A DNA stretch of 64,000 bases, taken from IMG/VR virus record IMGVR_UViG_3300023172_002538. One strand, given 5' to 3'. The stretch is from an uncultured virus (IMG/VR IMGVR_UViG_3300023172_002538) (Duplodnaviria > Heunggongvirae > Uroviricota > Caudoviricetes). The stretch's first letter is position 1. Every line of letters begins with the position of its first letter. Shown in pieces: positions 19,801-28,537 of this stretch. The translations under genes were made by a program, and so were the position numbers. Under the pieces are notes generated by a model. The model saw nothing but the letters and a program-made list of their open reading frames with translations, was not told the DNA's origin and made no database searches.

Positions 19801-20087
19801 GTGGACATCCGTTCTGGATTAAGACAGCGGCAACTACTGGAACTGGCGATCAGTTCAATACTGGTGTGACAAACAACGGCGCAGAAACAGGCACGTTGAC
19901 GTTTACTCCTGACTCTGCCGCACCAAGTACTCTCTACTACATCTGTCAGTACCATAGCGGAATGGTAGGCACTATAAATATTGTTGCCGCCGGTTCTACA
20001 GACTACGTTACTGTCTTTACCGGTGTCGATCAAGAAAATTATATAGGTGACTTTACAACATCGTTTACAGGCGGCTACAATGCATAA
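16806..20087 (+). CDS. S8 subtilisin-like serine protease fused to YxG[D/N] repeats and a C-terminal cupredoxin-like domain
   Basis: VIVVDG (Asp), HGTHVMGTVAG (His), AAGN, GTSMSAPQVTG (Ser); GHPF...YYICQYHSGM. Confidence 0.85.
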   Translation: MTLKVYHVILHRTEDLDAFYADMETPGGYLHIPDRAVDYAARLPFSKVTAYRLTDEEAEQVKQDPRVRAVEPALEDHGIFAKPTWTDTGQWRKDDGANATNSQQNWALYQCTRDTISTTYGTDGTALVISQTSANAEGKDVDVIVVDGIPNLDHPEFAVNADGTGGSRIIQYNWFQHTDSVTGGAYANGTWDYTTESLGDSENNNHGTHVMGTVAGNRQGWARKANLYSISPYGSNYNWTSTGISSSYVFDYVRAFHRNKSINPRTGRKNPTIINNSWGYSYPDTGNIIDSAGSVERIVFRGTTYNGPFTTEQMLNYGVPPYWAYTKAAVDAGIPIEVADGVYTTPPAKVTSIGWKLTTPATKTQECIDDGIIVVSAAGNSSQYIDSSNGDDYNNKLFLKYNAFPATISAFQGASDSAIYYHRGSAPGNTSLCIGNASIYQNNQREFSSNFGPRIDLFAPGDEIISAIRHNDFYDNIVTDPRNASYYYGIIGGTSMSAPQVTGVLASILQINPDFRQADAKRYIQGTAFTGAMFDSSTDWGNVTTYGWNTLYALSTDLKDTVDLYLRYREERASVGVTLPKINNRERPTTGVLWPRPKVIKTRRSTGDILYPSPDADLALAPLDAQTSYAGTFTANFVGDSAITYTGDFTTDYTSIDIYVNDSTGLDYSPAYASGYIGDFTAVYTGNYLGAYEGNYNLTYASTAYLSRYSATDYIGSDGSYETSYNSFYEGPSGTYLATYVGTMAYFGDYVVSPDELDYTTDYGVGIKYTGDYQGPAHPGFETNYIGSYQSEVQEGGGTFLDSVTYSGNFISDYSNPTDYVSDYTGNYVANYLATIIVYSSEYISNYAGNYTLEGYTGDFLANFTGTEAYTSDSAGDGAIIISDYLGTYTGNYVDSGDASYIGSYLGDFSANYTGNFSSNLEYTGGDGGTYLGAYLGNFSAIYTGNYVGGAYQATYVGASNTSLNVTNNGASNYIIDSASNPTLTLERDTTYTFNLSVGGHPFWIKTAATTGTGDQFNTGVTNNGAETGTLTFTPDSAAPSTLYYICQYHSGMVGTINIVAAGSTDYVTVFTGVDQENYIGDFTTSFTGGYNA
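19973..19980 (+). promoter_or_regulatory. probable internal late promoter for the next gene
   Basis: TATAAATA about 100 nt upstream of the ATG at 20080. Confidence 0.55.
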
Positions 20088-23000
20088 TGGATTTCTAGAC
20101 AAAAGAAGAAGACATCTCAACCTGCGTGAAATGCAGGTCGAGAACGTGTTGCCTGAACATTTTGCTCAGTTCTATCCTAAGTTTATCGCTCTGCTAAAAA
20201 ACTACTACGAGTGGCAAGATCAGAACGATCCTAACGAGTTGTTAAATCATCTCTTCGCTGTTCGTGATATTAACGAAACTGACATCACACTACTCTCGTT
20301 TATCGAGGACGAGTTTCTTTTGGGTGAAGCATACTTCGAAGGCTTTGGTACAGAAGACTTTGAAAAGCGAGCCGCCGCAAACTTCTCTAATACTCTGTTC
20401 AGATCAAAGGGTACAAAGTTTGCTATCGAATGGTTCTTTAGATCATTCTACGGTCTAGACGCTGACGTAATTTATCCAAAAGAAAACGTTTTCACACTAA
20501 ACAATCCAAATTCGCAGGTTGGTCCTGACTCGTTGAGATACTTGACCAATGATAAGTTATATCAAACGTTCGCTCTGTTAATACGTGTTGGTGTGCCTAT
20601 TTCAAAGTGGCGAGATATTTTCAAACTGTTTGTTCATCCTGCGGGCATGTATCTTGGTGCTGAAGTGTCGGTTGACGATGTTGTTACTCCAGCAATCAAC
20701 GCTGTCATGCAAGACTCTGCTGTGGATCAGAGACCTTCTCCTGTTTGGACGCTAACACGCTTTCTTGATAGTGCGGGTCGTTACGGTGAAGCTTACATCG
20801 GCGATCCTGTATACAACACACTGACAGGTAATATCGATAGTGTTCCAGAAGGAACAATATTTAAGTATAAAATTAGCGGCACAAATATTCCAGCTGGTAC
20901 AGGCACTGTTCGTTATTTTGTTGATCCTGCTGGTGGTGATCTTGCCAGTGATACATCAACAAATGACTTCTACAATTTCGATTCGGCGGGCGCATTCAAC
21001 TACACGCCGCCGTATGAAGTGCCTCTTAGAAGCAGTAAAGCAATTTTGCAGTTACAGCAAGACAGTCCGCTGGGACCTGCGTTTGGTTACTTTACAATAC
21101 CAACAGGCATTGATAGTGTCGAAACAGAAGGTCAAGAAGCATTTACTGTATTCGTTGAAGACGTTGGTGAAAGAACCATCGCGTCCGATCGTGTAGTGTT
21201 AAACGATGTCATTACAAGATATCAAATGACACCCTTTGATCCTGTTGACGAAGGAAATAATCTTTCGATTTTTGTATCGCACGGCTCAGGTTCTCTTTAT
21301 GATGGTAACCCCAATACGAAAGCGTGGAATAGCACAACGCTGTACTGGTATGGTAAACATATTTCAACAACCGATTCTGATTTTGTCACGCCGTTGCCTG
21401 ACTCAAGCAGTCCACAACCCGTAAATATTAGACCAGCATCGATCAGTGGAAATCCTCCTAACGTCGGAACTGTGTCAGAAGGTTTAATCACTATTCCGAT
21501 TCGTGGCGACACGGTATCAGAAAGCACAGAGCATTTCGCTGTAATACTTGAGACGTTCGAAGGAATTAAGAAAGACTCTGTAACTGTTGCGATTAACAAC
21601 ACAGCGGCTACGTTTACGGTCACACCGAGCGCGGCGAGCTATACTGAAGGTGATACTCTTTCATTTACAATCAATCATAGTTCGCAAGATGGTGGCGATA
21701 CAGTCACATGGCAATTTACTGGCGGGATAGCTAGTGATCCACGTCCACTTGCAACTTCTGGATCGTTTAACTTAAATAGCGGCACATCGACAACATTTAG
21801 CATTCAAGTTCGGGCTGATACTATTCAACGAGGTACAGTCGGAGGATTTTTTCAAGTTACGAATAGTAAATACAGTCCTGCTCTCGTAGCAACCTCTTCT
21901 GGTTTCAACGTGTTCGATCAAAATCCAGTATACAATCTTACGATGAATCCTACAACCGCAAATGAAGGTGATACTGTTACATTCGATGTGTCTGGAAGCA
22001 ACATTACTGACGGCACTTATTATCTTCAGATTGGTAATGTCGGCACAAATAATTTAGATTTCTTAACGTATGCTGGCAATGGAGGAGCTCCTGGACAAGG
22101 ATTAAACTCACGTGCTTCAATTACGGTAACAAACAATAGTGGAACAAGTTCATCTCTTGTTTTTGCTGACAGTTCCGAAACTGCTGATGAATCTTTTTAT
22201 GCGTATCTTCATTCAGATCCTGTAGTGTTCGATCCGCTTGTTTCTTCGTTAAATCAGATTCGTGGTGGTGCGGCGGCTACTTACACTCTTACTCCGAACA
22301 AAACACGTGTTCCAGAAGGTGAGACTTTAACGTTTACATTTACAACGACTGGCGCTGACGGAATATTCGATTGGCAAGTACGAACGTCCGACACTTTCTT
22401 AACTTTTGATGGATTACGAGGCTTAACGCCAAATGACTTTGGTAAACTAAATCCCACCACAGGCGAGTGGGATGTCGATGAGCCTACAAATGTAGGACTG
22501 TATTCCTATTCGCAATTGCCATACGGAGATGAAGCAAGCGAAGGAAATGGAATGGTAGTTTCTGGTGGAACAGGAACGTTCTCGTTGCTAATTCGTGATG
22601 ATGGTCAAGACGAAGATTCAGACGAACAAGATTTCTGGGCAATTGTTAAAAACAGTTCGGGTGTAACACTCGCTCAGTCTGCTTCTGTTCGTATCATCGA
22701 TGCAGACGCAGTTGATTATAATCTGTACGTTGTTGAGCAAACGGGTGTGCGCGATAGTGCTGTTACAGAAGGTACTGAGAGTCTTGTATTAAACTTTACG
22801 ACGAATGCGGCAGTTGACGAAAACTTGTATTTTGAATTGCAAAAGTCAGATGCTCTTGGTAGCCCTTGGTCTAGCAAATGGACAAACAATGCACAAAAAT
22901 ACATACCCTTTGCTGAAACTGATCCAGCATCTACAGCGATAAAACTTTTGTATACGCAAAATGGTGGTGCTGACATGGGCGCACCAATATTTGATGGCAC

Positions 23001-24156
23001 ATACGAAGGCGAGCAATTTGGCGTAGCGTATCTATCACGAAACGATTTTGCAAGTAATGGTGGTGACGTACTCGACACAATGACGTTCTCTGTACTAGAT
23101 GCGCCTGCAACATGGACATTAACTGCTAGCCCTTCGACTACTGTAGACGAAGGTGATGCAATTTCGTGGAGTGTTGGTGGAACTAATATTCAAGACGGCA
23201 CGTACTATTATAACATTACTGACTATGATGTAATTGAAACCGATCAAAGTGGTTCCGGTTCGGGGCAGTCTGCGATTCGCACAAGTGATCCAGAAGCACT
23301 GAACATTCCAAATGGCAGTGTATGTATTAACAATGCAAATGTGCCAGGAACTGTTACAGGCGCATTTGCTGTGACCGTCAGTGGTTCTATATTATATTAT
23401 CAAATCAACATGAGCGAAAACTTAACTGCAACCGTTCAGAACGCACGGCTAGTATTTGGCAGTGAAGAAGCTTTGGCTGACTTTAACTCAGGATCGGCAG
23501 GCACGTTCACTATGACAAGTAATAGTGGTGGATTTGCTACGTCTACAGCCACAAATGACGATACGATTGATGACACATACACAATGGCTATATATGATCG
23601 AGCAGGTCCAACAGCACCAGCGGCAAGTGTAGGATTTACAATCACTGATACGACTGTGGGCGGTCCTGGTGGACAATCTACAGTGAACTTTGTTGCCGAA
23701 CCCAGCATTGGCGGGTTCTTTGTCGCTGATCTGAAAGTTGTTACTGATGCAGATGCTCTTGCTACGGCGATATCATCCGTAGAGATTCGACCAGATGGTG
23801 GAGTATACGGAAAAGGCAATCTTGATCCTTTAGGCAGTAATGGAGTAACATTTATTAAGATCGGCACATGGCATCAATCAGCGACTACTACAGGTAACTT
23901 TACCGTAAGGGCTGAAATTATTTCTGGTCCTACTCTCACGTCAGTAGCACAGGGTAGCTACGGAACAGACTTATCATTGTCTTCTACTCAGTCTTGGTCG
24001 CATCAAGTGCGAGTCCGAGCGCCGAATTCTAGATTTACTTCAATGCAAGTTAGATATACGATTACCGATGATGCTGATCCTACAAACACAGCTAGCCAAA
24101 ACATAGTGTTTAACAGCGAAGTTGAATACATCGGAAATGCAGTAGAAACTCCATAA
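20080..24156 (+). CDS. baseplate wedge (gp7-like N-terminus) with Calx-beta/Ig-like repeats
   Basis: LPEHF..YPKF..LLKNYYEW, FRSKGT..IEWFFRSFY, FVHPAGM; repeated V-x-EG-x-x-x-x-F modules. Confidence 0.6.
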   Translation: MHNGFLDKRRRHLNLREMQVENVLPEHFAQFYPKFIALLKNYYEWQDQNDPNELLNHLFAVRDINETDITLLSFIEDEFLLGEAYFEGFGTEDFEKRAAANFSNTLFRSKGTKFAIEWFFRSFYGLDADVIYPKENVFTLNNPNSQVGPDSLRYLTNDKLYQTFALLIRVGVPISKWRDIFKLFVHPAGMYLGAEVSVDDVVTPAINAVMQDSAVDQRPSPVWTLTRFLDSAGRYGEAYIGDPVYNTLTGNIDSVPEGTIFKYKISGTNIPAGTGTVRYFVDPAGGDLASDTSTNDFYNFDSAGAFNYTPPYEVPLRSSKAILQLQQDSPLGPAFGYFTIPTGIDSVETEGQEAFTVFVEDVGERTIASDRVVLNDVITRYQMTPFDPVDEGNNLSIFVSHGSGSLYDGNPNTKAWNSTTLYWYGKHISTTDSDFVTPLPDSSSPQPVNIRPASISGNPPNVGTVSEGLITIPIRGDTVSESTEHFAVILETFEGIKKDSVTVAINNTAATFTVTPSAASYTEGDTLSFTINHSSQDGGDTVTWQFTGGIASDPRPLATSGSFNLNSGTSTTFSIQVRADTIQRGTVGGFFQVTNSKYSPALVATSSGFNVFDQNPVYNLTMNPTTANEGDTVTFDVSGSNITDGTYYLQIGNVGTNNLDFLTYAGNGGAPGQGLNSRASITVTNNSGTSSSLVFADSSETADESFYAYLHSDPVVFDPLVSSLNQIRGGAAATYTLTPNKTRVPEGETLTFTFTTTGADGIFDWQVRTSDTFLTFDGLRGLTPNDFGKLNPTTGEWDVDEPTNVGLYSYSQLPYGDEASEGNGMVVSGGTGTFSLLIRDDGQDEDSDEQDFWAIVKNSSGVTLAQSASVRIIDADAVDYNLYVVEQTGVRDSAVTEGTESLVLNFTTNAAVDENLYFELQKSDALGSPWSSKWTNNAQKYIPFAETDPASTAIKLLYTQNGGADMGAPIFDGTYEGEQFGVAYLSRNDFASNGGDVLDTMTFSVLDAPATWTLTASPSTTVDEGDAISWSVGGTNIQDGTYYYNITDYDVIETDQSGSGSGQSAIRTSDPEALNIPNGSVCINNANVPGTVTGAFAVTVSGSILYYQINMSENLTATVQNARLVFGSEEALADFNSGSAGTFTMTSNSGGFATSTATNDDTIDDTYTMAIYDRAGPTAPAASVGFTITDTTVGGPGGQSTVNFVAEPSIGGFFVADLKVVTDADALATAISSVEIRPDGGVYGKGNLDPLGSNGVTFIKIGTWHQSATTTGNFTVRAEIISGPTLTSVAQGSYGTDLSLSSTQSWSHQVRVRAPNSRFTSMQVRYTITDDADPTNTASQNIVFNSEVEYIGNAVETP

Positions 24157-24157
24157 T

Positions 24158-24508
24158 ATGAAAAAAGACGATCCTAACATTAAGTCAGACTACGATTATT
24201 CCCGAGCAACTTACTATGAGTTGATTGACAAGGGAAGAGAATCGCTCGATCTGATGATCGAGGTTGCTCGCGAGTCTGAGCATCCAAGAGCCTTTGAAGT
24301 TCTGTCGAATATGATCAAGAACATTTCAGATGTCAATGACAAGTTGATGGAACTAAATAAGAAAACCAAAGACATTACACAAGAAAAAGAAGAGCCTAAA
24401 GCAATTACCAATAATAATGTTTTTATAGGAAGTACAACTGATCTGCAACGTCTGTTGCAACAAAGCGAAGATGAAAAGGTGATTGATGTTAGCCCATCGA
24501 ATGAGTGA
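24158..24508 (+). CDS. gp16: terminase small subunit gp16
   Basis: DYDYSR, ESEHPRAFEV, NNVFIGSTTDLQ; directly upstream of gp17. Confidence 0.88.
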   Translation: MKKDDPNIKSDYDYSRATYYELIDKGRESLDLMIEVARESEHPRAFEVLSNMIKNISDVNDKLMELNKKTKDITQEKEEPKAITNNNVFIGSTTDLQRLLQQSEDEKVIDVSPSNE

Positions 24509-26105
24509 TCACGAACATTATTTAGGTAATATCAATGTAAAACGTGACGGGGTACAGCAAGAGTGGACTCAGCATCAAGTGCTAGAGTACGCGAAGTGCA
24601 TGAAAGATCCTGCATATTTTGCAAAGACTTACGTAAAGATTATATCACTTGATAAAGGACTTGTCAACTTTGACCTATACCCATATCAAGAAAAAATGTT
24701 CAACCATTTTAACGATAATCGGTTTTCTATCGTCTTGGCTTGTCGTCAGTCTGGTAAAAGTATTTCGTCAGTTGTTTACTTACTTTGGTACGCTATATTC
24801 CATCCTGAGAAAACGATTGCGGTTCTTGCCAACAAAGGCGCAACTGCAAGAGAAATGCTTGCACGTGTCACGTTGGCTCTTGAAAACTTACCCTTCTTTT
24901 TACAGCCTGGTTGCCGCGCTCTCAACAAAGGTAGTATTGAGTTTTCAAATAATTCTCGCATCATTGCTTCTGCTACTTCAGGCAGTTCTATTCGTGGTAT
25001 GTCTGTCAATCTATTGTTTCTTGACGAGTTTGCTTTTGTTGAAAGAGCTAGTGAGTTTTACACCTCGACATATCCGGTAATCTCTGCGGGTAAAGATACA
25101 AAAGTTATCATAACATCTACCGCTAACGGTATTGGTAATACGTTCCACAAAATCTGGGAAGGCGCTGTACAAAAGACTAACGAGTATCAAGCCTTTACAG
25201 TTAACTGGTGGGACGTGCCAGGACGTGATGAAGAGTGGAAGAAGCAGACGATTTCGAACACGTCACAGATGCAGTTCGATCAAGAATTTGGTAATACGTT
25301 TTTCGGAACGGGCGATACACTGATCAATGCAGAAACACTGCTTAATCTAAGAGCAATGCCACCTCTCAAAATGCTTGAGGGCGGTGATGTAAAAATCTAC
25401 GAAGAAACATCAAAGAATCACGAATATCTCATGATGGTCGACGTAGCAAAAGGAAGAGGACAGGACTATTCGACGTTTAACGTAATCGATATATCTGTGC
25501 GACCCTTCAAACAGGTCGCTGTGTATCGGAACAATACTATTTCTCCAATACTCTTCCCTGACATTATCTATAAGTTTGCGAAAGTCTACAATAACGCATA
25601 TGTGATCGTTGAATCAAATGATCAAGGTAGCGTGGTTTGTAGAGGCTTGTATTATGATCTAGAATACGAAAATGTTCACGTGGAGTCAACAGTAAAGGCA
25701 AATGCTGTTGGCATTGAAATGACACGGAAGACAAAACGTCTTGGTTGTTCTGGCATCAAAGACCTTCTTGAAAACAATAAATTAGATATTGTTGACGATG
25801 ATACCATCTTAGAGATTTCTACGTTCGTATCGAAGGGACAGTCTTACGAAGCCGCTGATGGCAACCACGACGATTTGATGATGAACTTAGTGATGCTTGG
25901 TTACTTTATATCGACACAGATGTTCTCAGACATGACAGACATCAATCTCAAGCAGATGATGTTCGAACAGCAGATGAGACGTATCGAAGAAGATGTGGTG
26001 CCGTTTGGTTTTCATGATGATGGGTCTAGTGCCATTCAAGAAATCGAAGATAGAGAACGTATGAAGTACGAACCGTGGCAGTTGTCATGGGACGAACCAT
26101 ACTGA
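24501..26105 (+). CDS. gp17: terminase large subunit gp17
   Basis: RQSGKS Walker A, LLFLDEFAF Walker B, DVAKGRGQDYS, HDDLMM nuclease motifs. Confidence 0.95.
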   Translation: MSDHEHYLGNINVKRDGVQQEWTQHQVLEYAKCMKDPAYFAKTYVKIISLDKGLVNFDLYPYQEKMFNHFNDNRFSIVLACRQSGKSISSVVYLLWYAIFHPEKTIAVLANKGATAREMLARVTLALENLPFFLQPGCRALNKGSIEFSNNSRIIASATSGSSIRGMSVNLLFLDEFAFVERASEFYTSTYPVISAGKDTKVIITSTANGIGNTFHKIWEGAVQKTNEYQAFTVNWWDVPGRDEEWKKQTISNTSQMQFDQEFGNTFFGTGDTLINAETLLNLRAMPPLKMLEGGDVKIYEETSKNHEYLMMVDVAKGRGQDYSTFNVIDISVRPFKQVAVYRNNTISPILFPDIIYKFAKVYNNAYVIVESNDQGSVVCRGLYYDLEYENVHVESTVKANAVGIEMTRKTKRLGCSGIKDLLENNKLDIVDDDTILEISTFVSKGQSYEAADGNHDDLMMNLVMLGYFISTQMFSDMTDINLKQMMFEQQMRRIEEDVVPFGFHDDGSSAIQEIEDRERMKYEPWQLSWDEPY

Positions 26106-26117
26106 AAACAGGTAATT

Positions 26118-26125
26118 TATAAATA
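26118..26125 (+). promoter_or_regulatory. T4-type late promoter
   Basis: TATAAATA upstream of gp18. Confidence 0.8.
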
Positions 26126-26189
26126 AATACATTGAAATTATCCGTATTATGTTCTCTTATCATATATTAACGAAAAAAAGGACACGACC

Positions 26190-27932
26190 ATGGCATTAAT
26201 ACCATCTGAGTCTCCAAGCATTCTCGTAAAGGAATTCGATCTGTCTGGTGTTGTGCCGGCAGTCACTTCTTCAACGGGAGCGTTTGTAGGGGACTTTAAC
26301 TGGGGTCCAGCTAATCAGCCTATTCTGGTAAGTAGTGAAGCAGAATTGGCTTCGCAATTTGGATCTCCTTCTGACGATTCTGCGGCGGCAGTATCGGATT
26401 TTCTCTCCGCTTCAATGTTTTTGAAGTATTCAAGTAGCGCGTACGTAACACGTACCGTAGACGATTCAGCACAAAACGCAATTGCGGCTGGTGCTGACCA
26501 AGTGTTGATTAGAAATCGTGCTGATTGGGATGCGCGTAGCGTCACAACTCTCAACAACTATGTTATCGCAAAATATCCTGGCACTTTAGGTAACAGCCTT
26601 AAGATTTCAATGTGCCCATACAGCGAAGGTGATAGTGCGTTCGATAACTGGACTATTGACGGCGCTAATATCTCTACACTGTTTGATGGTGCACCAAGAT
26701 CATCGGCTAACGTAGCTGGTTTTGGCTTTGCGGCTGACTCTGAAGTTGGTGATGAAGTGCACGTTGTCATTCTCGACGAGGATGGTAAAATTTCAGGAAC
26801 ACCGGGAACAGTACTAGAGAAGTATGAGTATCTTTCTCTAGCCACTGACGCAAAAACTTCTAATGGCTCAACAAACTTTATTCAGAACGTTTTGAATAAC
26901 AAGTCTGAATATGTTTGGGCACCCAACTTGTCGGATGCTTTCCCAGGAATTACAAGTGCGGCATCGTTTAGAGGTTCTCAAGCGGCTCGTGTAGCGAACT
27001 ATTCTCTTGATCGAGGTAGAGCGGCTAATCCGGGCATAAACGATTATCTGATTAGTTTTGGTGAATACAACGATCCTGATGTAATTCAAGTGGACTTCTT
27101 AGTTGCACCAGAAATTTCAGACAGTGCTGACTGTAGAACTATGGCCAACAGCTTGACTGCACAAGCGGTAGCACGTAAAGACTGCGTTGTTGTAACTTCA
27201 CCTCCTGCAGAAATTGTGACAGGAAGAGGTTCGAATACCAGTACAATTGCTTCTGCTACAGCGGCATGGGCTAATACGCTGAACGCTTCTTCCTACTTGA
27301 TCGTCGATGGCAACTACTTGAAAGTATACGATAAGTATAACGATGAGTATGTGAATATTCCTGCGGCTGCCGCAACAGCGGGTGTGATGGCGTCTACCGA
27401 TCTGAATGCAGATCCGTGGTACTCTCCTGCAGGCTCTAGAAGAGGGCAGTACTTTGGAGTGACATCTCTGGTGTACAACCCTGCTAAGGCTCAAAGAGAT
27501 ACGCTGTATAAAGCCGGTGTTAACCCAATCGTTAACTTGCCAGGACAAGGAATTTTGTTGTACGGAGATAAGACTAAGTTAGGTCGTCCTTCTGCGTTTG
27601 ATCGCATTAACGTTCGTCGCCTCTTCTTGGTGATCGAGCGAGCAATCAAAGGCGCCGCACAGAACGTTATGTTCGAATTCAATGATGAATTCACTCGTGC
27701 GGAATTCGTTAATATCATCGAGCCTTTCTTGAGAGAGATCAAGGGTCGAAGGGGTATCACTGACTTCAGAGTGGTGTGTGATGAAACAAACAACACTCCG
27801 AACATCATTGATAACAATCAATTTGTCGCATCGGTCTTCATTAAGCCTGCACGTTCTATCAACTACGTAACATTGAACTTCGTAGCAGTTAGAACTGGCG
27901 TAGACTTTGATGAAGTCGTTGGACTGGTTTAA
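26190..27932 (+). CDS. gp18: tail sheath protein gp18
   Basis: SPSILVKEFDLS, FNWGP, PWYSPAGSRRG, FDRINVRRLF, FIKPARSINYV. Confidence 0.95.
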   Translation: MALIPSESPSILVKEFDLSGVVPAVTSSTGAFVGDFNWGPANQPILVSSEAELASQFGSPSDDSAAAVSDFLSASMFLKYSSSAYVTRTVDDSAQNAIAAGADQVLIRNRADWDARSVTTLNNYVIAKYPGTLGNSLKISMCPYSEGDSAFDNWTIDGANISTLFDGAPRSSANVAGFGFAADSEVGDEVHVVILDEDGKISGTPGTVLEKYEYLSLATDAKTSNGSTNFIQNVLNNKSEYVWAPNLSDAFPGITSAASFRGSQAARVANYSLDRGRAANPGINDYLISFGEYNDPDVIQVDFLVAPEISDSADCRTMANSLTAQAVARKDCVVVTSPPAEIVTGRGSNTSTIASATAAWANTLNASSYLIVDGNYLKVYDKYNDEYVNIPAAAATAGVMASTDLNADPWYSPAGSRRGQYFGVTSLVYNPAKAQRDTLYKAGVNPIVNLPGQGILLYGDKTKLGRPSAFDRINVRRLFLVIERAIKGAAQNVMFEFNDEFTRAEFVNIIEPFLREIKGRRGITDFRVVCDETNNTPNIIDNNQFVASVFIKPARSINYVTLNFVAVRTGVDFDEVVGLV

Positions 27933-27950
27933 GCGCAAGGAGAATAACTC

Positions 27951-28478
27951 ATGGCGATTTTAGGAGTAGATGACTTTAAGTCGAAGCTGAGAGGTGGTGG
28001 CGCAAGACCTAATCTGTTCAAGGCGACACTTAACTTTCCAGTATACGCAGGGGGTGACGTAGAACTTACGTCATTCCTCTGTAAGACTGCGCAGTTGCCA
28101 CAATCCTCAACTAACTCGTTTGCAGTACCGTTTCGCGGTCGCGAACTAAAAGTTGCGGGTGATCGTACATTCGAAGATTGGACAGTCACTATCATTAACG
28201 ATACTGACTTTACCATTCGTGATTCGTTTGAGCGATGGATGAATGGCATCAACGCACACAGTGCTAACACAGGCTTGACAAACCCAGTTGATTATCAATC
28301 AGACTTGCTGGTTGATCAATTGGATCGTGACGAATCTGTGATCAAGCGTTATACGTTTAGAGGTGCATTCCCGACAGTTGTTGGACCAATCACCCTTGAC
28401 TATGACCAGCGTGATCAGATCGAAACGTTTGATGTCACGTTCTCGTATCAGTATTGGGAAAGCAATACGACATCTTAA
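27951..28478 (+). CDS. gp19: tail tube protein gp19
   Basis: GGARPNLF, FRGRELKVAGDRTFEDWTVT. Confidence 0.95.
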   Translation: MAILGVDDFKSKLRGGGARPNLFKATLNFPVYAGGDVELTSFLCKTAQLPQSSTNSFAVPFRGRELKVAGDRTFEDWTVTIINDTDFTIRDSFERWMNGINAHSANTGLTNPVDYQSDLLVDQLDRDESVIKRYTFRGAFPTVVGPITLDYDQRDQIETFDVTFSYQYWESNTTS

Positions 28479-28490
28479 TGGTGTACTAAA

Positions 28491-28520
28491 TATAAGGGAG
28501 TCTTCGGGCTCCCTTATATA
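28491..28520 (+). terminator. stable C(UUCG)G hairpin between gp19 and gp20 (terminator or processing/stability element)
   Basis: TATAAGGGAGTC-TTCG-GGCTCCCTTATA followed by a T-rich tract; ACTAAATA late-promoter variant at 28485-28492. Confidence 0.7.
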
Positions 28521-28537
28521 ATTTTTTAGGAATACGT

